NCBI GenBank assembly: GCA_038205015.1
Contig: JBBRCK010000006.1
Span: forward strand, 1 to 63,855
Length of the DNA stretch: 63,855 nt
Direction of reading: 5' to 3'
DNA from: Candidatus Levyibacteriota bacterium
GTDB taxonomy: Bacteria; Patescibacteriota; Microgenomatia; Levybacterales; UBA12049
Part shown: positions 54,540 to 63,855 of the stretch, in pieces
Numbering within the stretch: the stretch's first letter is position 1
How the letters are laid out: each line of letters starts with the position of its first letter
Made by a program: the position numbers and the translations under genes
Notes under the pieces: model-generated
What the model was told of the DNA's origin: nothing
Databases searched by the model: none
Seen by the model: only the letters and a program-made list of their open reading frames with translations

Positions 54540-55877
54540 TTAGTTTGCAAACTTAAATCCCCTACCTTTAACGGTTTGAATATATTTTGGTTCATTAGGA
54601 TTGTTTTCAATTTTTTTTCTAAGCCTAAAAATTAACTGATCTAGAGCTTGGTCGGTTACTCCAAGTGTAGTTTTTTGTTCTCCCCAGACTGCATTAATAA
54701 TCTCTTCTTTTTCCAAAACTTTGTCTTTTTGGGTTAGTAAAAATTTAAATAACTTAAACTCCAAAGAGGTTAAAAGATCAGAAATTATCAAATCGTTTTT
54801 TTTAATTTCATTGGTGTTTTCGTCAAAAATTATTTCCTCTTTAGCTTCTACAATACTAGTTTTAACGACAACTGTATGTTTAACAAAATCTTGGAAAAGG
54901 GGAATTGTTGGTGCTCCGTTAAAACACAGAAATATATTTTCCAAGAAAATCGGTTCCTGTTTTTTGTCGATAAAATATTGTTGTTCGGATGGATTTAAAC
55001 TGTTCCAAATTGCAAAAAGTGAGCTTCTAATTGGCCTTTGACTTAATAGATAATCGATTAATTGTCTTTTATTTTCCGGTAAGTTTTTATCCAAAGACAA
55101 AATTGTTTCAAGACAAAGAGTAGTTAATCTTCCATGCCCAGCAGTTAGAGTAATGGTTTCATCGATTATTTTCTTCTCTATTTTTTTACCGGTTACTTTT
55201 TCTAAATGCGAAATTCTAAAATCTAAGCCCACTTTATCTAAAATGGGTAAATATATTATTCTTCCGGCAACATATTCGAAAAAATCCGCAAAAAGAGAAG
55301 GTTCAAGCAAGTCTTCCAAGGGTCTACTTAAAGAAAAAATAACAGAGAAGTGATATTTTGCCCTATTTCTTAAAACCCTGAGATTGGCAAAAAATTCAGA
55401 CGTTACCGTTGGAACATACTCTTCGAACCTGTCAAAAAGTAAAACTAACGTTAGATTTTTTTCAATCGCCAAATAATCAACGGTTTTTTTAAGTCCCTGA
55501 AATAAAACCAATTCGTCGTTAAACTCAACACTTTCTTTAAAGATTTTATTAATCTCTAAGTATTCGTTTTTTAATCCTCTTTCTCGCAACGAATCTAAGA
55601 TTCCCAAAAAAATGAACTTATTAACGTCGGACATAGGTTTTTTTCTGATTTCTGAAAAATTTAAAAGGACAAAATGGAAGTTTTTTTGTTTTTCACTCAA
55701 ATGTTTAATGCGGATGTTTCTGTTGTAAGAGAGAAGTCCCAAAAGGTTTGACCTACCAACGCCGGCAACGGAAACTATTTGACAAGAATTTCCTTCTTGG
55801 ATAAAAGAAATAATTTTAGTAATTTCTTCAAATCTGGTGGTGTCGGGGTACAGGCTTTCAAAGTGTTCAAGCTCCAT
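54540..55877 (-). CDS. Degenerate P-loop NTPase fused to an OmpR-type winged HTH (paralog 2)
   Basis: SVAGVGRS (Arg for Lys), LLFDRFE; LEKEEIINAVW...ALDQLIFRLRKKIE...IQTVKGRGFK; ATG 55877 follows TATAAT by 6 nt. Confidence 0.7.
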   Translation of the reverse strand: MELEHFESLYPDTTRFEEITKIISFIQEGNSCQIVSVAGVGRSNLLGLLSYNRNIRIKHLSEKQKNFHFVLLNFSEIRKKPMSDVNKFIFLGILDSLRERGLKNEYLEINKIFKESVEFNDELVLFQGLKKTVDYLAIEKNLTLVLLFDRFEEYVPTVTSEFFANLRVLRNRAKYHFSVIFSLSRPLEDLLEPSLFADFFEYVAGRIIYLPILDKVGLDFRISHLEKVTGKKIEKKIIDETITLTAGHGRLTTLCLETILSLDKNLPENKRQLIDYLLSQRPIRSSLFAIWNSLNPSEQQYFIDKKQEPIFLENIFLCFNGAPTIPLFQDFVKHTVVVKTSIVEAKEEIIFDENTNEIKKNDLIISDLLTSLEFKLFKFLLTQKDKVLEKEEIINAVWGEQKTTLGVTDQALDQLIFRLRKKIENNPNEPKYIQTVKGRGFKFAN

Positions 55878-55925
55878 TAATCTATTATAGTTCATCTTCC
55901 ATTAATCTTAAACAATGCCGAGTGT

Positions 55926-55958
55926 TTGTTAGTTTTTTGTAAGACAAATATCAAGCTG
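55926..55958 (+). promoter_or_regulatory. Degenerate 11-bp-phased repeats at the -35 position of the 55990 promoter
   Basis: TTGTTAG (55926), TTGTAAG (55937), ATATCAA (55948); same distance to the -10 (TAATAT 55976) as in the 35.9 kb array. Confidence 0.4.
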
Positions 55959-55989
55959 TTTTCCTGCCTTTGACATAATATGTATCCAT

Positions 55990-58299
55990 ATGAAAGAACG
56001 TGAACCAAACGAATTGACAAATCAACCTAATTCTTTTAATCTTGATAGTAATATGGATGGACCTAACGCAACCCCAGAAGTACCACAGCCTGAACGCCAT
56101 GAAGAGCCGGCTACGCAAGAGCAAATTTTAAGTGCTCAAGACGCGGAGAATATTGCCATCGGTCTTGGAATCTCGAGGGAGTCCATGGGTGATGTTTTTA
56201 AACAGGCTGCAAGAAACAGTGGAAGAGTAGACAAGAGGGATTTGGAAAGCGGACACGTACTACCGGAATCCTTCGAAGACTTAGTAAAGGTGGTAATGAG
56301 GTCGGCGACTGAAGATTTTAAGACAGGGGGAGAAAGAGAGCTGATTGACAAAGAGGGAGAGATTGTTAAAGAAAATTTTATGGCTTGGATTAGGCAGAGA
56401 ATGTTTGATTTGCACGATTTTAATCCAACCAGTAAGGTTAATTTTTTCTCCGACATTAATGTAAAAATTGGTTATTCTCAAATAAGTTTTTACGACATGA
56501 TTTTTACAGGAAGTTATTTTTTGCAGGAAAGAAAAGAACCAGACGGAAGATATAGTTATCATAAAAACGAAGACTACGAAGCGATAAAGCAGCAGCTAAT
56601 TATTGAGGCGTTTATGTTCTCTAAATCCAGAAACGATGATGTTGAATATAAAGCAGTGATGGGTCAGGAAAAAGAGCTACCTAAACTTCTTGCCCAAATT
56701 TATTACGGCAATCCTTTTACCAGAAGCGATTTTTTACATAACATTTTAACCATGTCCTCAATGGATAAAAAAGAAGTTCAAGCACTTAGAGTAAAGGCTG
56801 GAGATGTAAATGCAGCTCAATTTGAGCAAGAGAAAATAAAAACAGTGCTAAAAGAAAATACCAGCGTTGGAGACGGGGTAAGAAAAGCCTTGCTTGCTTA
56901 TTATTATGCTAACGATATTGCGATGCTTGAAAAAGTTTTAGGCCCGGATTCTGTTCTTTTCCAAGAGCAATATGATGAATATGATAGTGCCACAGGTAAG
57001 ATTAAAGGGAAAAAATTAGGACAAGTTAATGAAGAGCGCAAAATAAAAGAAAAAGATAAATTAGAAAAAGACAAAACTTATATTAAGTATGAAAACGGCA
57101 GACTGGCTATGGATACTAAAAAAACATTTGTAGATTATATGAATGTGTTTAATCACGCATCAAAAGATGAGGGAATTGTTAATGAGGTTAGGGAAAGAAT
57201 AAGGCAATCAATAATGCAGTCTGGTTTAAGTTATTCCGAAGCAAAATATGCTGAAGCATGGGCCTTCTCAATGACCAGATGGACCGGTATTGGAGCAAGA
57301 AACGATGTTACGGCTGCAGCTTTTGATGCTTGGTCTAAGCCACAAAATCTTTTGGAATACCGACTTAAGCAACTGGCAGAAAAAAGAAGAGGAGTAATGG
57401 GAAATATTTTTAATCTTGCCGGAATAAAAAGAGCAGGTTTGGGATTTTTTGAAGGAGTAACCGATACCCAAGGAAGAACAGTTCTTGAGGCCATACAGGG
57501 TGGTCAAGGTGAAGATCTAAAAGATGATAACCCATTTAAAAATATTAAAGATGAAGAAAAGATTAGGTTTGGGCAAGATGCAGGATATAGATTTGCAACT
57601 AATCATGTTTTTAATGCCTTTGCGATTTATGACAATATTATTACTCACACCGATTTTAATATTGAAGATATGGTTACCTATGATGGTTTTGGAAGAGCAA
57701 TAATCGATCAGGAAAAAGCCAACAAGATGGTTGACGGAATTCAAAAAGCAATCAGATACGCATATTGTACTTATGCCGGAACAGATTACTCAAAAAATAT
57801 CAGGGTTTGGGACAATGGAGGAGTAAAAGAGCTTCCGGTTATTGCAGCGATGTTTGGTCCGGATATTCTAAAGCTAATTCAAAGAGATATCGAAAAAAAG
57901 AGTCCGGGAGCATCAAAAAATCCAAATGTTTGGGAAGTTGGTAAAGATGATGATAAATTTGAAATGGACGTTTCAAAACTTAAAGAAACGCCAATAAGGG
58001 AGATGCTATGGAAAAACGTCTTGCATTATTTGGTGGCAGAAGAATTACATTCGCATAGAAGCATGAAGAGCGAGCTAAAGAGGTATAACTACGCAAATAC
58101 TGAAAAAATATACCAATTCTTAAAGGTAAAAGGTTTAGTTTCAGATGAAGAAGAGGTTGAAGAAATGAGAAAGCTAAGTAATTCCACCTTAAGAGTATTG
58201 GCGGCAGAAGATTTTGGGACAGATGTTGGCAAAGGTTTATTAAAAGGTTTTTGGGCCGCAATGCGAATAATGCTTAAAGATGTTGCTACCGGGAAGTAA
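55990..58299 (+). CDS. Large hypothetical, probably cytoplasmic, alpha-helical protein (769 aa)
   Basis: Uninterrupted ORF; no signal peptide or recognised motif. Confidence 0.7.
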   Translation: MKEREPNELTNQPNSFNLDSNMDGPNATPEVPQPERHEEPATQEQILSAQDAENIAIGLGISRESMGDVFKQAARNSGRVDKRDLESGHVLPESFEDLVKVVMRSATEDFKTGGERELIDKEGEIVKENFMAWIRQRMFDLHDFNPTSKVNFFSDINVKIGYSQISFYDMIFTGSYFLQERKEPDGRYSYHKNEDYEAIKQQLIIEAFMFSKSRNDDVEYKAVMGQEKELPKLLAQIYYGNPFTRSDFLHNILTMSSMDKKEVQALRVKAGDVNAAQFEQEKIKTVLKENTSVGDGVRKALLAYYYANDIAMLEKVLGPDSVLFQEQYDEYDSATGKIKGKKLGQVNEERKIKEKDKLEKDKTYIKYENGRLAMDTKKTFVDYMNVFNHASKDEGIVNEVRERIRQSIMQSGLSYSEAKYAEAWAFSMTRWTGIGARNDVTAAAFDAWSKPQNLLEYRLKQLAEKRRGVMGNIFNLAGIKRAGLGFFEGVTDTQGRTVLEAIQGGQGEDLKDDNPFKNIKDEEKIRFGQDAGYRFATNHVFNAFAIYDNIITHTDFNIEDMVTYDGFGRAIIDQEKANKMVDGIQKAIRYAYCTYAGTDYSKNIRVWDNGGVKELPVIAAMFGPDILKLIQRDIEKKSPGASKNPNVWEVGKDDDKFEMDVSKLKETPIREMLWKNVLHYLVAEELHSHRSMKSELKRYNYANTEKIYQFLKVKGLVSDEEEVEEMRKLSNSTLRVLAAEDFGTDVGKGLLKGFWAAMRIMLKDVATGK

Positions 58300-58307
58300 G
58301 TTTTTGT

Positions 58308-60107
58308 TTATTTAGTTTCGGGTGGTGTAGATGCTCCAGTTGTTACGGGTTTTTCTTCTGGTTTAGTCAGCCCAGCTGCCTGTGCTTTTTTATAGGCTAT
58401 GGAATCTGTGCCGTAACTTAATTTTTCTAAAGATGGAGCTTTAACAGCACCTCCAATAAGTGATTGAATTCGATTACGATCATAAGCATTTTTTTCTAGG
58501 TTCCACCTTCCGCCAGTAATACGTTGTATTCTACTTCCAACTGCTCCTTCTAACTCTCCTGATCTTGCATCCCTACGGTATAATCTGCCACCAACTGCTC
58601 CACCAACTGCTCCTGCAACAGCCATTCCAGTAGCACTACTACTGCCTAATCCAAGTCCTCCGCCGGTTCCAAAGGCTTTTTTAACCTGATCAACAAGTCC
58701 GGGAGCAGCCAGAATAAAGCCAATTGCAATTAATCCACCAAACATAGTTGTATTGCCGTTTCCAGTAAGGTTTCCAACTAGTGGAGGATTAAATACTGTT
58801 GAAAAACCAGTAGCTGGATCAATACCCGCATTCTTAGTATTAACTTCCAGGCTATACATTATTGCACGGGCAACCATAAATAAGAAGATTACAGCCGGAA
58901 AGGGAGCCAAGTTGCCAGCTAGATTTTTTATCCAACCTGACCAACCTACATTTGCGCCAGCGCCCGGGATTAGTCCTGCTAAAATCCAAAGTGGGCCAAG
59001 AATAACCGCTAGTAATACATTAATAAAGCATTTTAAGAGAGCAAACCAAAGCTTAAACAGCGCAACTAATATGGCAACTGCAAAGACTAAGAAGGCAATA
59101 ATTCCTGCAATTAATCCAAAAAGTGATCCAATCGCACCCATAATTGCATCTCCAATTATTTTCCCGATGTCGGGAATACAAATAATAAAACCACAACTTT
59201 GTGGCTTTGAAGCCACTAGGGCTTGTTGTATATTGTCGGAGAAAATTAAGTCGTGGATTAAGCTGCCAACGCTTGAAGCACCGGCAAAAGAAAGTCCCAA
59301 AATTCCACCCGCTTGTCCACCAAACAAATCATTTGCAAATCCCGGAGCAGACAGACTCATCCACCCAAAAAGACCTGACGTAGGGTCGTTGACTAGAGCT
59401 GCGGGTGCAATCATGGTAATTACGAAATAAATACTAACCCACATAAAATCAATTAAAAGCCCAGCGATTGCGTAGGAAAAAGTAATCATTATTAGGCCAA
59501 TTACCAGCTTAGGTATTTGATTTTGAATTGTCATAACTGTACGGGGATCGATCTTTACACGAAGCATTATTGCAACGCCAATTATTACAAATATTATAAC
59601 CATAAGAAGGTATGCCATATTCCTAAAAATAAGAAAAAGGGGAAGTACCATTTTTAAACCCTCAAAACCTATTCCTTGTCCAACTACTGCTTGTGCGTGA
59701 GCGGATTTAACTAACCCAAAATTATTCGAAGTGTAGGCAAAGAAATCGGTTGAATGTATGGGAATTTGAAAAGTCGCCGTAATTAAATTTCCCATTGCTC
59801 CAATTACTCCGCCGTTATTTTGGACAAATCCTATTTTTCCGGTACTTTGATCGATTCCAAGACAGGATTGTTTTGGGTTAATCGGGTCGACTCCTACAAG
59901 CTGACAAATCATTGCCGACATTACCTCAATCATTACGTTTTGGGTGAAATTATGCATATTTTTTGGTACATTGGGGTTGGTGTTGGAACTTACATTTTGT
60001 TGAGGTAATGGAGCATTATTTTGAGCATTAATAAAAGGAGCTTTTATAACAAAGAAGATTAAACTGAAGGCAAAGATAACTCCTAGTGCTCGAGCAGTAA
60101 ACCTCAT
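58308..60107 (-). CDS. Polytopic membrane protein, TrbL/VirB6-like
   Basis: Signal peptide, multiple Gly/Ala-rich TMs, VILGPLWILAGLIP, W..NLAGNLAPFP, Gly-rich tail; near the VirB4 cluster. Confidence 0.6.
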   Translation of the reverse strand: MRFTARALGVIFAFSLIFFVIKAPFINAQNNAPLPQQNVSSNTNPNVPKNMHNFTQNVMIEVMSAMICQLVGVDPINPKQSCLGIDQSTGKIGFVQNNGGVIGAMGNLITATFQIPIHSTDFFAYTSNNFGLVKSAHAQAVVGQGIGFEGLKMVLPLFLIFRNMAYLLMVIIFVIIGVAIMLRVKIDPRTVMTIQNQIPKLVIGLIMITFSYAIAGLLIDFMWVSIYFVITMIAPAALVNDPTSGLFGWMSLSAPGFANDLFGGQAGGILGLSFAGASSVGSLIHDLIFSDNIQQALVASKPQSCGFIICIPDIGKIIGDAIMGAIGSLFGLIAGIIAFLVFAVAILVALFKLWFALLKCFINVLLAVILGPLWILAGLIPGAGANVGWSGWIKNLAGNLAPFPAVIFLFMVARAIMYSLEVNTKNAGIDPATGFSTVFNPPLVGNLTGNGNTTMFGGLIAIGFILAAPGLVDQVKKAFGTGGGLGLGSSSATGMAVAGAVGGAVGGRLYRRDARSGELEGAVGSRIQRITGGRWNLEKNAYDRNRIQSLIGGAVKAPSLEKLSYGTDSIAYKKAQAAGLTKPEEKPVTTGASTPPETK

Positions 60108-60150
60108 ATTACTATTAGTTTGTAATATTTTTAGTTGGTTGTCAAGCCAT

Positions 60151-61047
60151 TTAGTAATTAATCACGGTTCTAATTACTTGACAAGAAGTTGGGCCAATAG
60201 GTGGTTGTTGGCAAGATAAGCCACTTGCCATATTACTTACAGGTAAAGCGACGAGTTTTAGTGGGTCTTCATTGTAGGAATCTCTACGAGTAAAGTAATC
60301 TGGCATGGCCTGTTCCCATCGGCCGTTTTTTAACACCATATTCATAGGGTCTTCGTCTGAAAATTGCTGTGCAGGCAAATATGGAGTTGCATCGGGTGTA
60401 AGAAGCCACTTCTCAACTACCTTGGGGCTGGGATAGGTACTGCCTGGTATTGGCCAAAATTCATTTTCTTGAGAAGCATAATCGAACGATAAAGTGGTCG
60501 TAAATGAATCAGTTATGCCTTGTTGTTGATCCGTAGTGGTTAGTTCCTTGCGGACCGAGGTAAGCTTTATATTTTCTATGGTCAGAGTACCTTGAGACTT
60601 AATTCCCTGAGCCTCGGTAGTGGTATAGCTGTTAGCATAATATACACTTCCTCCAATCCAATTTATAACTAGGGGCGAATCTTGGGTTTCACCCTTTTTT
60701 ATAGTCTCGACGTTGTGCTTCCATGCGTCAGGATTCTGTATGGAAGTGTTTAAATAATAGAAAATGGCTGGATAATTCTGTTTTTGATTTGCATTAAGAA
60801 AAGAGAACCAATAATCAAATCCCGCGTTTGAAGCTTGTTGCTCCATCGAAAGAGGTGCTTCGGTTGGTTTTTGAGTTTCAATTACTCTTTGGGTTGGTTC
60901 AGCGGTTGGGATTGCCTCGGATGGAATTTGAGTTGGTTTTGGACTTTGTAAATCTGCAGAGCAAGCGCCCACAGCCAGTGTTGCAGCTAGCGCCGTAGAA
61001 GCTAATTTAACTCTCCCATCACGAATGAATGATTCAATCCTTGGCAT
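60151..61047 (-). CDS. Putative lipoprotein with a Pro/Thr-rich linker
   Basis: LAATLAVGA-C lipobox; PKPTQIP...EPTQ...KPTEAP. Confidence 0.6.
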   Translation of the reverse strand: MPRIESFIRDGRVKLASTALAATLAVGACSADLQSPKPTQIPSEAIPTAEPTQRVIETQKPTEAPLSMEQQASNAGFDYWFSFLNANQKQNYPAIFYYLNTSIQNPDAWKHNVETIKKGETQDSPLVINWIGGSVYYANSYTTTEAQGIKSQGTLTIENIKLTSVRKELTTTDQQQGITDSFTTTLSFDYASQENEFWPIPGSTYPSPKVVEKWLLTPDATPYLPAQQFSDEDPMNMVLKNGRWEQAMPDYFTRRDSYNEDPLKLVALPVSNMASGLSCQQPPIGPTSCQVIRTVINY

Positions 61048-61142
61048 AATTTGGCATTATAGGCCTTTTTTGTGAGTTGTCAAGTTTAGTTTGTTAAAAC
61101 AATATTTTTAAAGTAAAATACGGATAACAACTTAAAATATTT

Positions 61143-61215
61143 GCTCTTGTAGCTCAATGGACAGAGCGCGACGTTGCGGACGTTGAGGTTGGGAGTTCGA
61201 CTCTCCCCGAGAGCA
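61143..61215 (+). tRNA. tRNA-Arg (GCG), CCA not encoded
   Basis: GCTCTTG...CGAGAGC-A acceptor stem, CGACG-TTGCGGA-CGTTG anticodon arm, GGGAGTTCGACTCTCC T-arm. Confidence 0.93.
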
Positions 61216-61228
61216 CATAACTCACTTT

Positions 61229-62890
61229 TTATAACCTTAATTCTATGCTTTCAAACAATAGCTTTGTTTTAGAGACTGTATTTAAATAAGAATAGGTTTT
61301 ATGCTCCTGATTTTTCCATTCTAGCTTTTTAAAGAATGAGAATAAACCAACTAGCGTATTAGTGTTTTCTGACCTACGTACAACATAATTCTGTTTATTT
61401 ATTAAATATTTATCTATTAAGTTTTTATTTTGTTCGTTGTTTTTTAGTAGTATTAATTCTGTCCCATCTAAATAAATTAGCTTAAAGCCGGAATCATAAA
61501 TAAAATAACGAAGTATATTAGCGGGAAATTCAGAATGCGATAGGATAACTACATTAATGTTAAAATCCTGACTTATTTTATTAAAAAGCTTTGGATTACT
61601 TAGTAAAGGATAATATGTTTTTAAAAAAAACGTGCTAGGATAAGCCTCTGGCCGCATGTCCATAAAAATTCTTTCATTTGGATATAATCTGTAAGCTAAG
61701 TATTGACCTAAATTAATATTGTTATATATGGGGCCTTTTATGCTGTTTTTTAAATAAAAATCTACAGCTAATTTATGTGATTCAACTACTCCAAAACCAA
61801 ACCCTAGGCTTGATACTTGCTTTAGGGAAAGAAGAAATAAGGTAAAGCAGATAAACAAAAGACAATAAATTTTGAATATGTACATATGCTTATTAGATAG
61901 CCTCTTAGATAAAAACAAGCTGATATCTGCTAGAAAAAAGGTAAGTATTTTTACCAAAGGAATAAAAATCCCATACGCAAACAGCGCCACGTTTCTGACA
62001 GCAATAATTACGCTTGCAGAAAATACAAGAATTAACAACCAGTCAATTAAATTTACCCTTTTTCTATAAAATAAAAAGAGAGTAAATAGAGCTAAGATTA
62101 TTAATATAATTAGCAAAATATGGATTATGCCAAAATCTCTTGCTGTTAAAAAAATGTTCAGGTTTTCTACTGGTGTAATAGAATAATTCTTGTAAAAATT
62201 TAAAGGGTATAAGAGTCCTTTTACGAAATTAGGATTAAATAAAGCTGAGGTGATTGAAGAAATAAAAACAATGAACAAGATTAGCACTTGTCTTGTCGGC
62301 CTAAATTTACTAACTACAACCTGATCGACTAGGAATAAAATAATCAATATCGGCCCAATTATAAAATTAATATGCAAATTTACCCAGATTGCCTCTAGTG
62401 GAATTAATAAAAAAATTGAGTTTGTGCTTATCTCCTTATATTTAAAAAGTATAATTATAAAAATTATTAGCAAAAGATAGCTAAATAATTCCGGTCTCAG
62501 ATCTATGGCTCTTGTGGATAGAAGCGCCACGCAAAATAAAAATGATAATAAAATGCTTTGTATGTCATACCTTTTAGCTACAAAAATAAAGAGTAGGTAA
62601 AAGGTTAATAGAGAAATAAGAATAGCAAAACATATAAGTCCATAAAAATTAAAAAACTTAAAAATTAAAAAAAATAAAACTTCCGAGAGCCAATGCGAAT
62701 TAACATAAGCATAGTCAGGATTGGTATAGGAAATTAAGTTTATATTTATAAATTGATGGCTTTGGGTCATTATCTTGCCAAATAGAAGATGTCTTCCCAG
62801 GTCAAAGTCTAAAATTATAGGATGAAAAAATGAAATAAAAATATATAGAAAATAAACAAAAAAACCAAAAATTGTTAATTTTTTTTTCAT
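61229..62890 (-). CDS. Polytopic GT-C-like membrane protein
   Basis: DFDLGRHLLFG, NSHWL, RPELFSY, WVNLH, PVEN, FMDMRPEAY. Confidence 0.65.
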   Translation of the reverse strand: MKKKLTIFGFFVYFLYIFISFFHPIILDFDLGRHLLFGKIMTQSHQFININLISYTNPDYAYVNSHWLSEVLFFLIFKFFNFYGLICFAILISLLTFYLLFIFVAKRYDIQSILLSFLFCVALLSTRAIDLRPELFSYLLLIIFIIILFKYKEISTNSIFLLIPLEAIWVNLHINFIIGPILIILFLVDQVVVSKFRPTRQVLILFIVFISSITSALFNPNFVKGLLYPLNFYKNYSITPVENLNIFLTARDFGIIHILLIILIILALFTLFLFYRKRVNLIDWLLILVFSASVIIAVRNVALFAYGIFIPLVKILTFFLADISLFLSKRLSNKHMYIFKIYCLLFICFTLFLLSLKQVSSLGFGFGVVESHKLAVDFYLKNSIKGPIYNNINLGQYLAYRLYPNERIFMDMRPEAYPSTFFLKTYYPLLSNPKLFNKISQDFNINVVILSHSEFPANILRYFIYDSGFKLIYLDGTELILLKNNEQNKNLIDKYLINKQNYVVRRSENTNTLVGLFSFFKKLEWKNQEHKTYSYLNTVSKTKLLFESIELRL

Positions 62891-62953
62891 TTTTACTCAT
62901 CTCATCATAACAAAAATATCAAATTATATAATAGTTTGATAAAATAAGATAAA

Positions 62954-63040
62954 GGAGGAGTGCAAGAGTGGTTTATTTGGCCGGTTTCGAAAACCGAGCG
63001 AATCGAAAGATTCACACAGGTTCAAATCCTGTCTCCTCCG
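62954..63040 (+). tRNA. tRNA-Ser (CGA), CCA not encoded
   Basis: GGAGGAG...CTCCTCC-G acceptor stem, CGGT-TTCGAAA-ACCG, long variable arm, CAGGTTCAAATCCTG. Confidence 0.9.
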
Positions 63041-63043
63041 CTT

Positions 63044-63460
63044 ATGAAATTAGAATTTTCTGCCGGAGGAATTGTTTATAAAAAAGAAAATGGAAAAGTG
63101 CTTATTTTAGTAGCTCAACACTCTGGTCATCATGGTTGGGTTTTTCCAAAAGGAAGAATTGGTGATTATATAAAAAACGAATCAAAGGAAGAAACAGCAA
63201 TAAGAGAAGTGGAAGAAGAAACAGGAGTAAAAGGTAAAATAATAAAAACGCTATCCCCATCAAATTTTATTTACGAGTGGGAAGGCGAAAAAATAAAAAA
63301 GACAGTTTATTATTTTATAATGGCTTATCTCGATGGCGATATAACCAGACATGATTGGGAGATGGAAAATGTTGAATGGCTAAAAATTGAAGATGTAGGT
63401 ACTCGCCTAACCTATCTATCAGAAAAAAAGGTTTGGGAAGAAGCTAAAAAATTGATATAA
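63044..63460 (+). CDS. NUDIX hydrolase
   Basis: SAGGIV, WVFPKG...E.KEETAIREVEEETG Nudix box; ATG 63044 (the called 62960 start lies inside the tRNA). Confidence 0.9.
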   Translation: MKLEFSAGGIVYKKENGKVLILVAQHSGHHGWVFPKGRIGDYIKNESKEETAIREVEEETGVKGKIIKTLSPSNFIYEWEGEKIKKTVYYFIMAYLDGDITRHDWEMENVEWLKIEDVGTRLTYLSEKKVWEEAKKLI

Positions 63461-63468
63461 TACTTATC

Positions 63469-63855
<387 letters not shown>

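Noticed and set aside
45165-60107. Conjugative element (ICE) or plasmid integration
   Set aside because: No relaxase, coupling protein, integrase or att boundaries in view; composition and promoter style match the host.
284-62069. Short antisense or nested ORFs in the track (e.g. 284-475, 1251-1436, 10218-10484, 15802-16011, 20387-20848, 46216-46617, 54039-54377, 58753-59430)
   Set aside because: They lie within or opposite confident genes and have no recognisable motifs; they are shadow frames.
62960-63043. N-terminal extension of the NUDIX ORF
   Set aside because: It overlaps a well-formed tRNA-Ser(CGA); the real start is ATG 63044.

Overview
AT-rich bacterial chromosome segment, standard genetic code, spanning the replication origin (jag-yidC-yidD-rnpA-rpmH <> dnaA-oriC-dnaN). 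Gene content and style (short PcrA and ValRS, DUF4012 protein, PrgI/VirB4/pilin cluster, tRNA-Arg(GCG), mostly leaderless promoters) point to Patescibacteria (CPR, Microgenomates-like); this is inference. Housekeeping genes include pcrA, rpoD, dnaG, purA/purB, ruvCAB, rplY, valS and rnhA, plus four tRNAs (Asn-GTT, Arg-GCG, Ser-CGA, Ser-GGA). Best candidate for an undescribed system: a 7.7 kb array (12.5-20.3 kb) downstream of tRNA-Asn of about 8 small, integrase-free gene cassettes, most with their own promoter. The cassettes are separated by two-part scars: a copy of the tRNA 3' end plus flank, followed by a conserved GATGTTAGAACC motif. Some scars read antisense as a recombinase-like C-terminal tail (W/L-L-R/Q ... 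DVRT). An integrase-like ORF at the right edge of the window reads in the same register into tRNA-Ser(GGA). Other highlights: (i) two paralogous degenerate-NTPase/OmpR-type wHTH genes, each divergent from an orphan gene whose promoter carries 11-bp-phased GTCA-like repeats in place of a -35; (ii) a T4SS-like cluster next to oriC with four pilins, one carrying about 50 Cys, and a HEXXH protein that shares the same beta-defensin-like 6-Cys module; (iii) a PurA with His replacing two conserved IMP-site Gln residues; (iv) a nickel SOD sodN-sodX pair. All family assignments are from motif recognition by eye; no database search was run.
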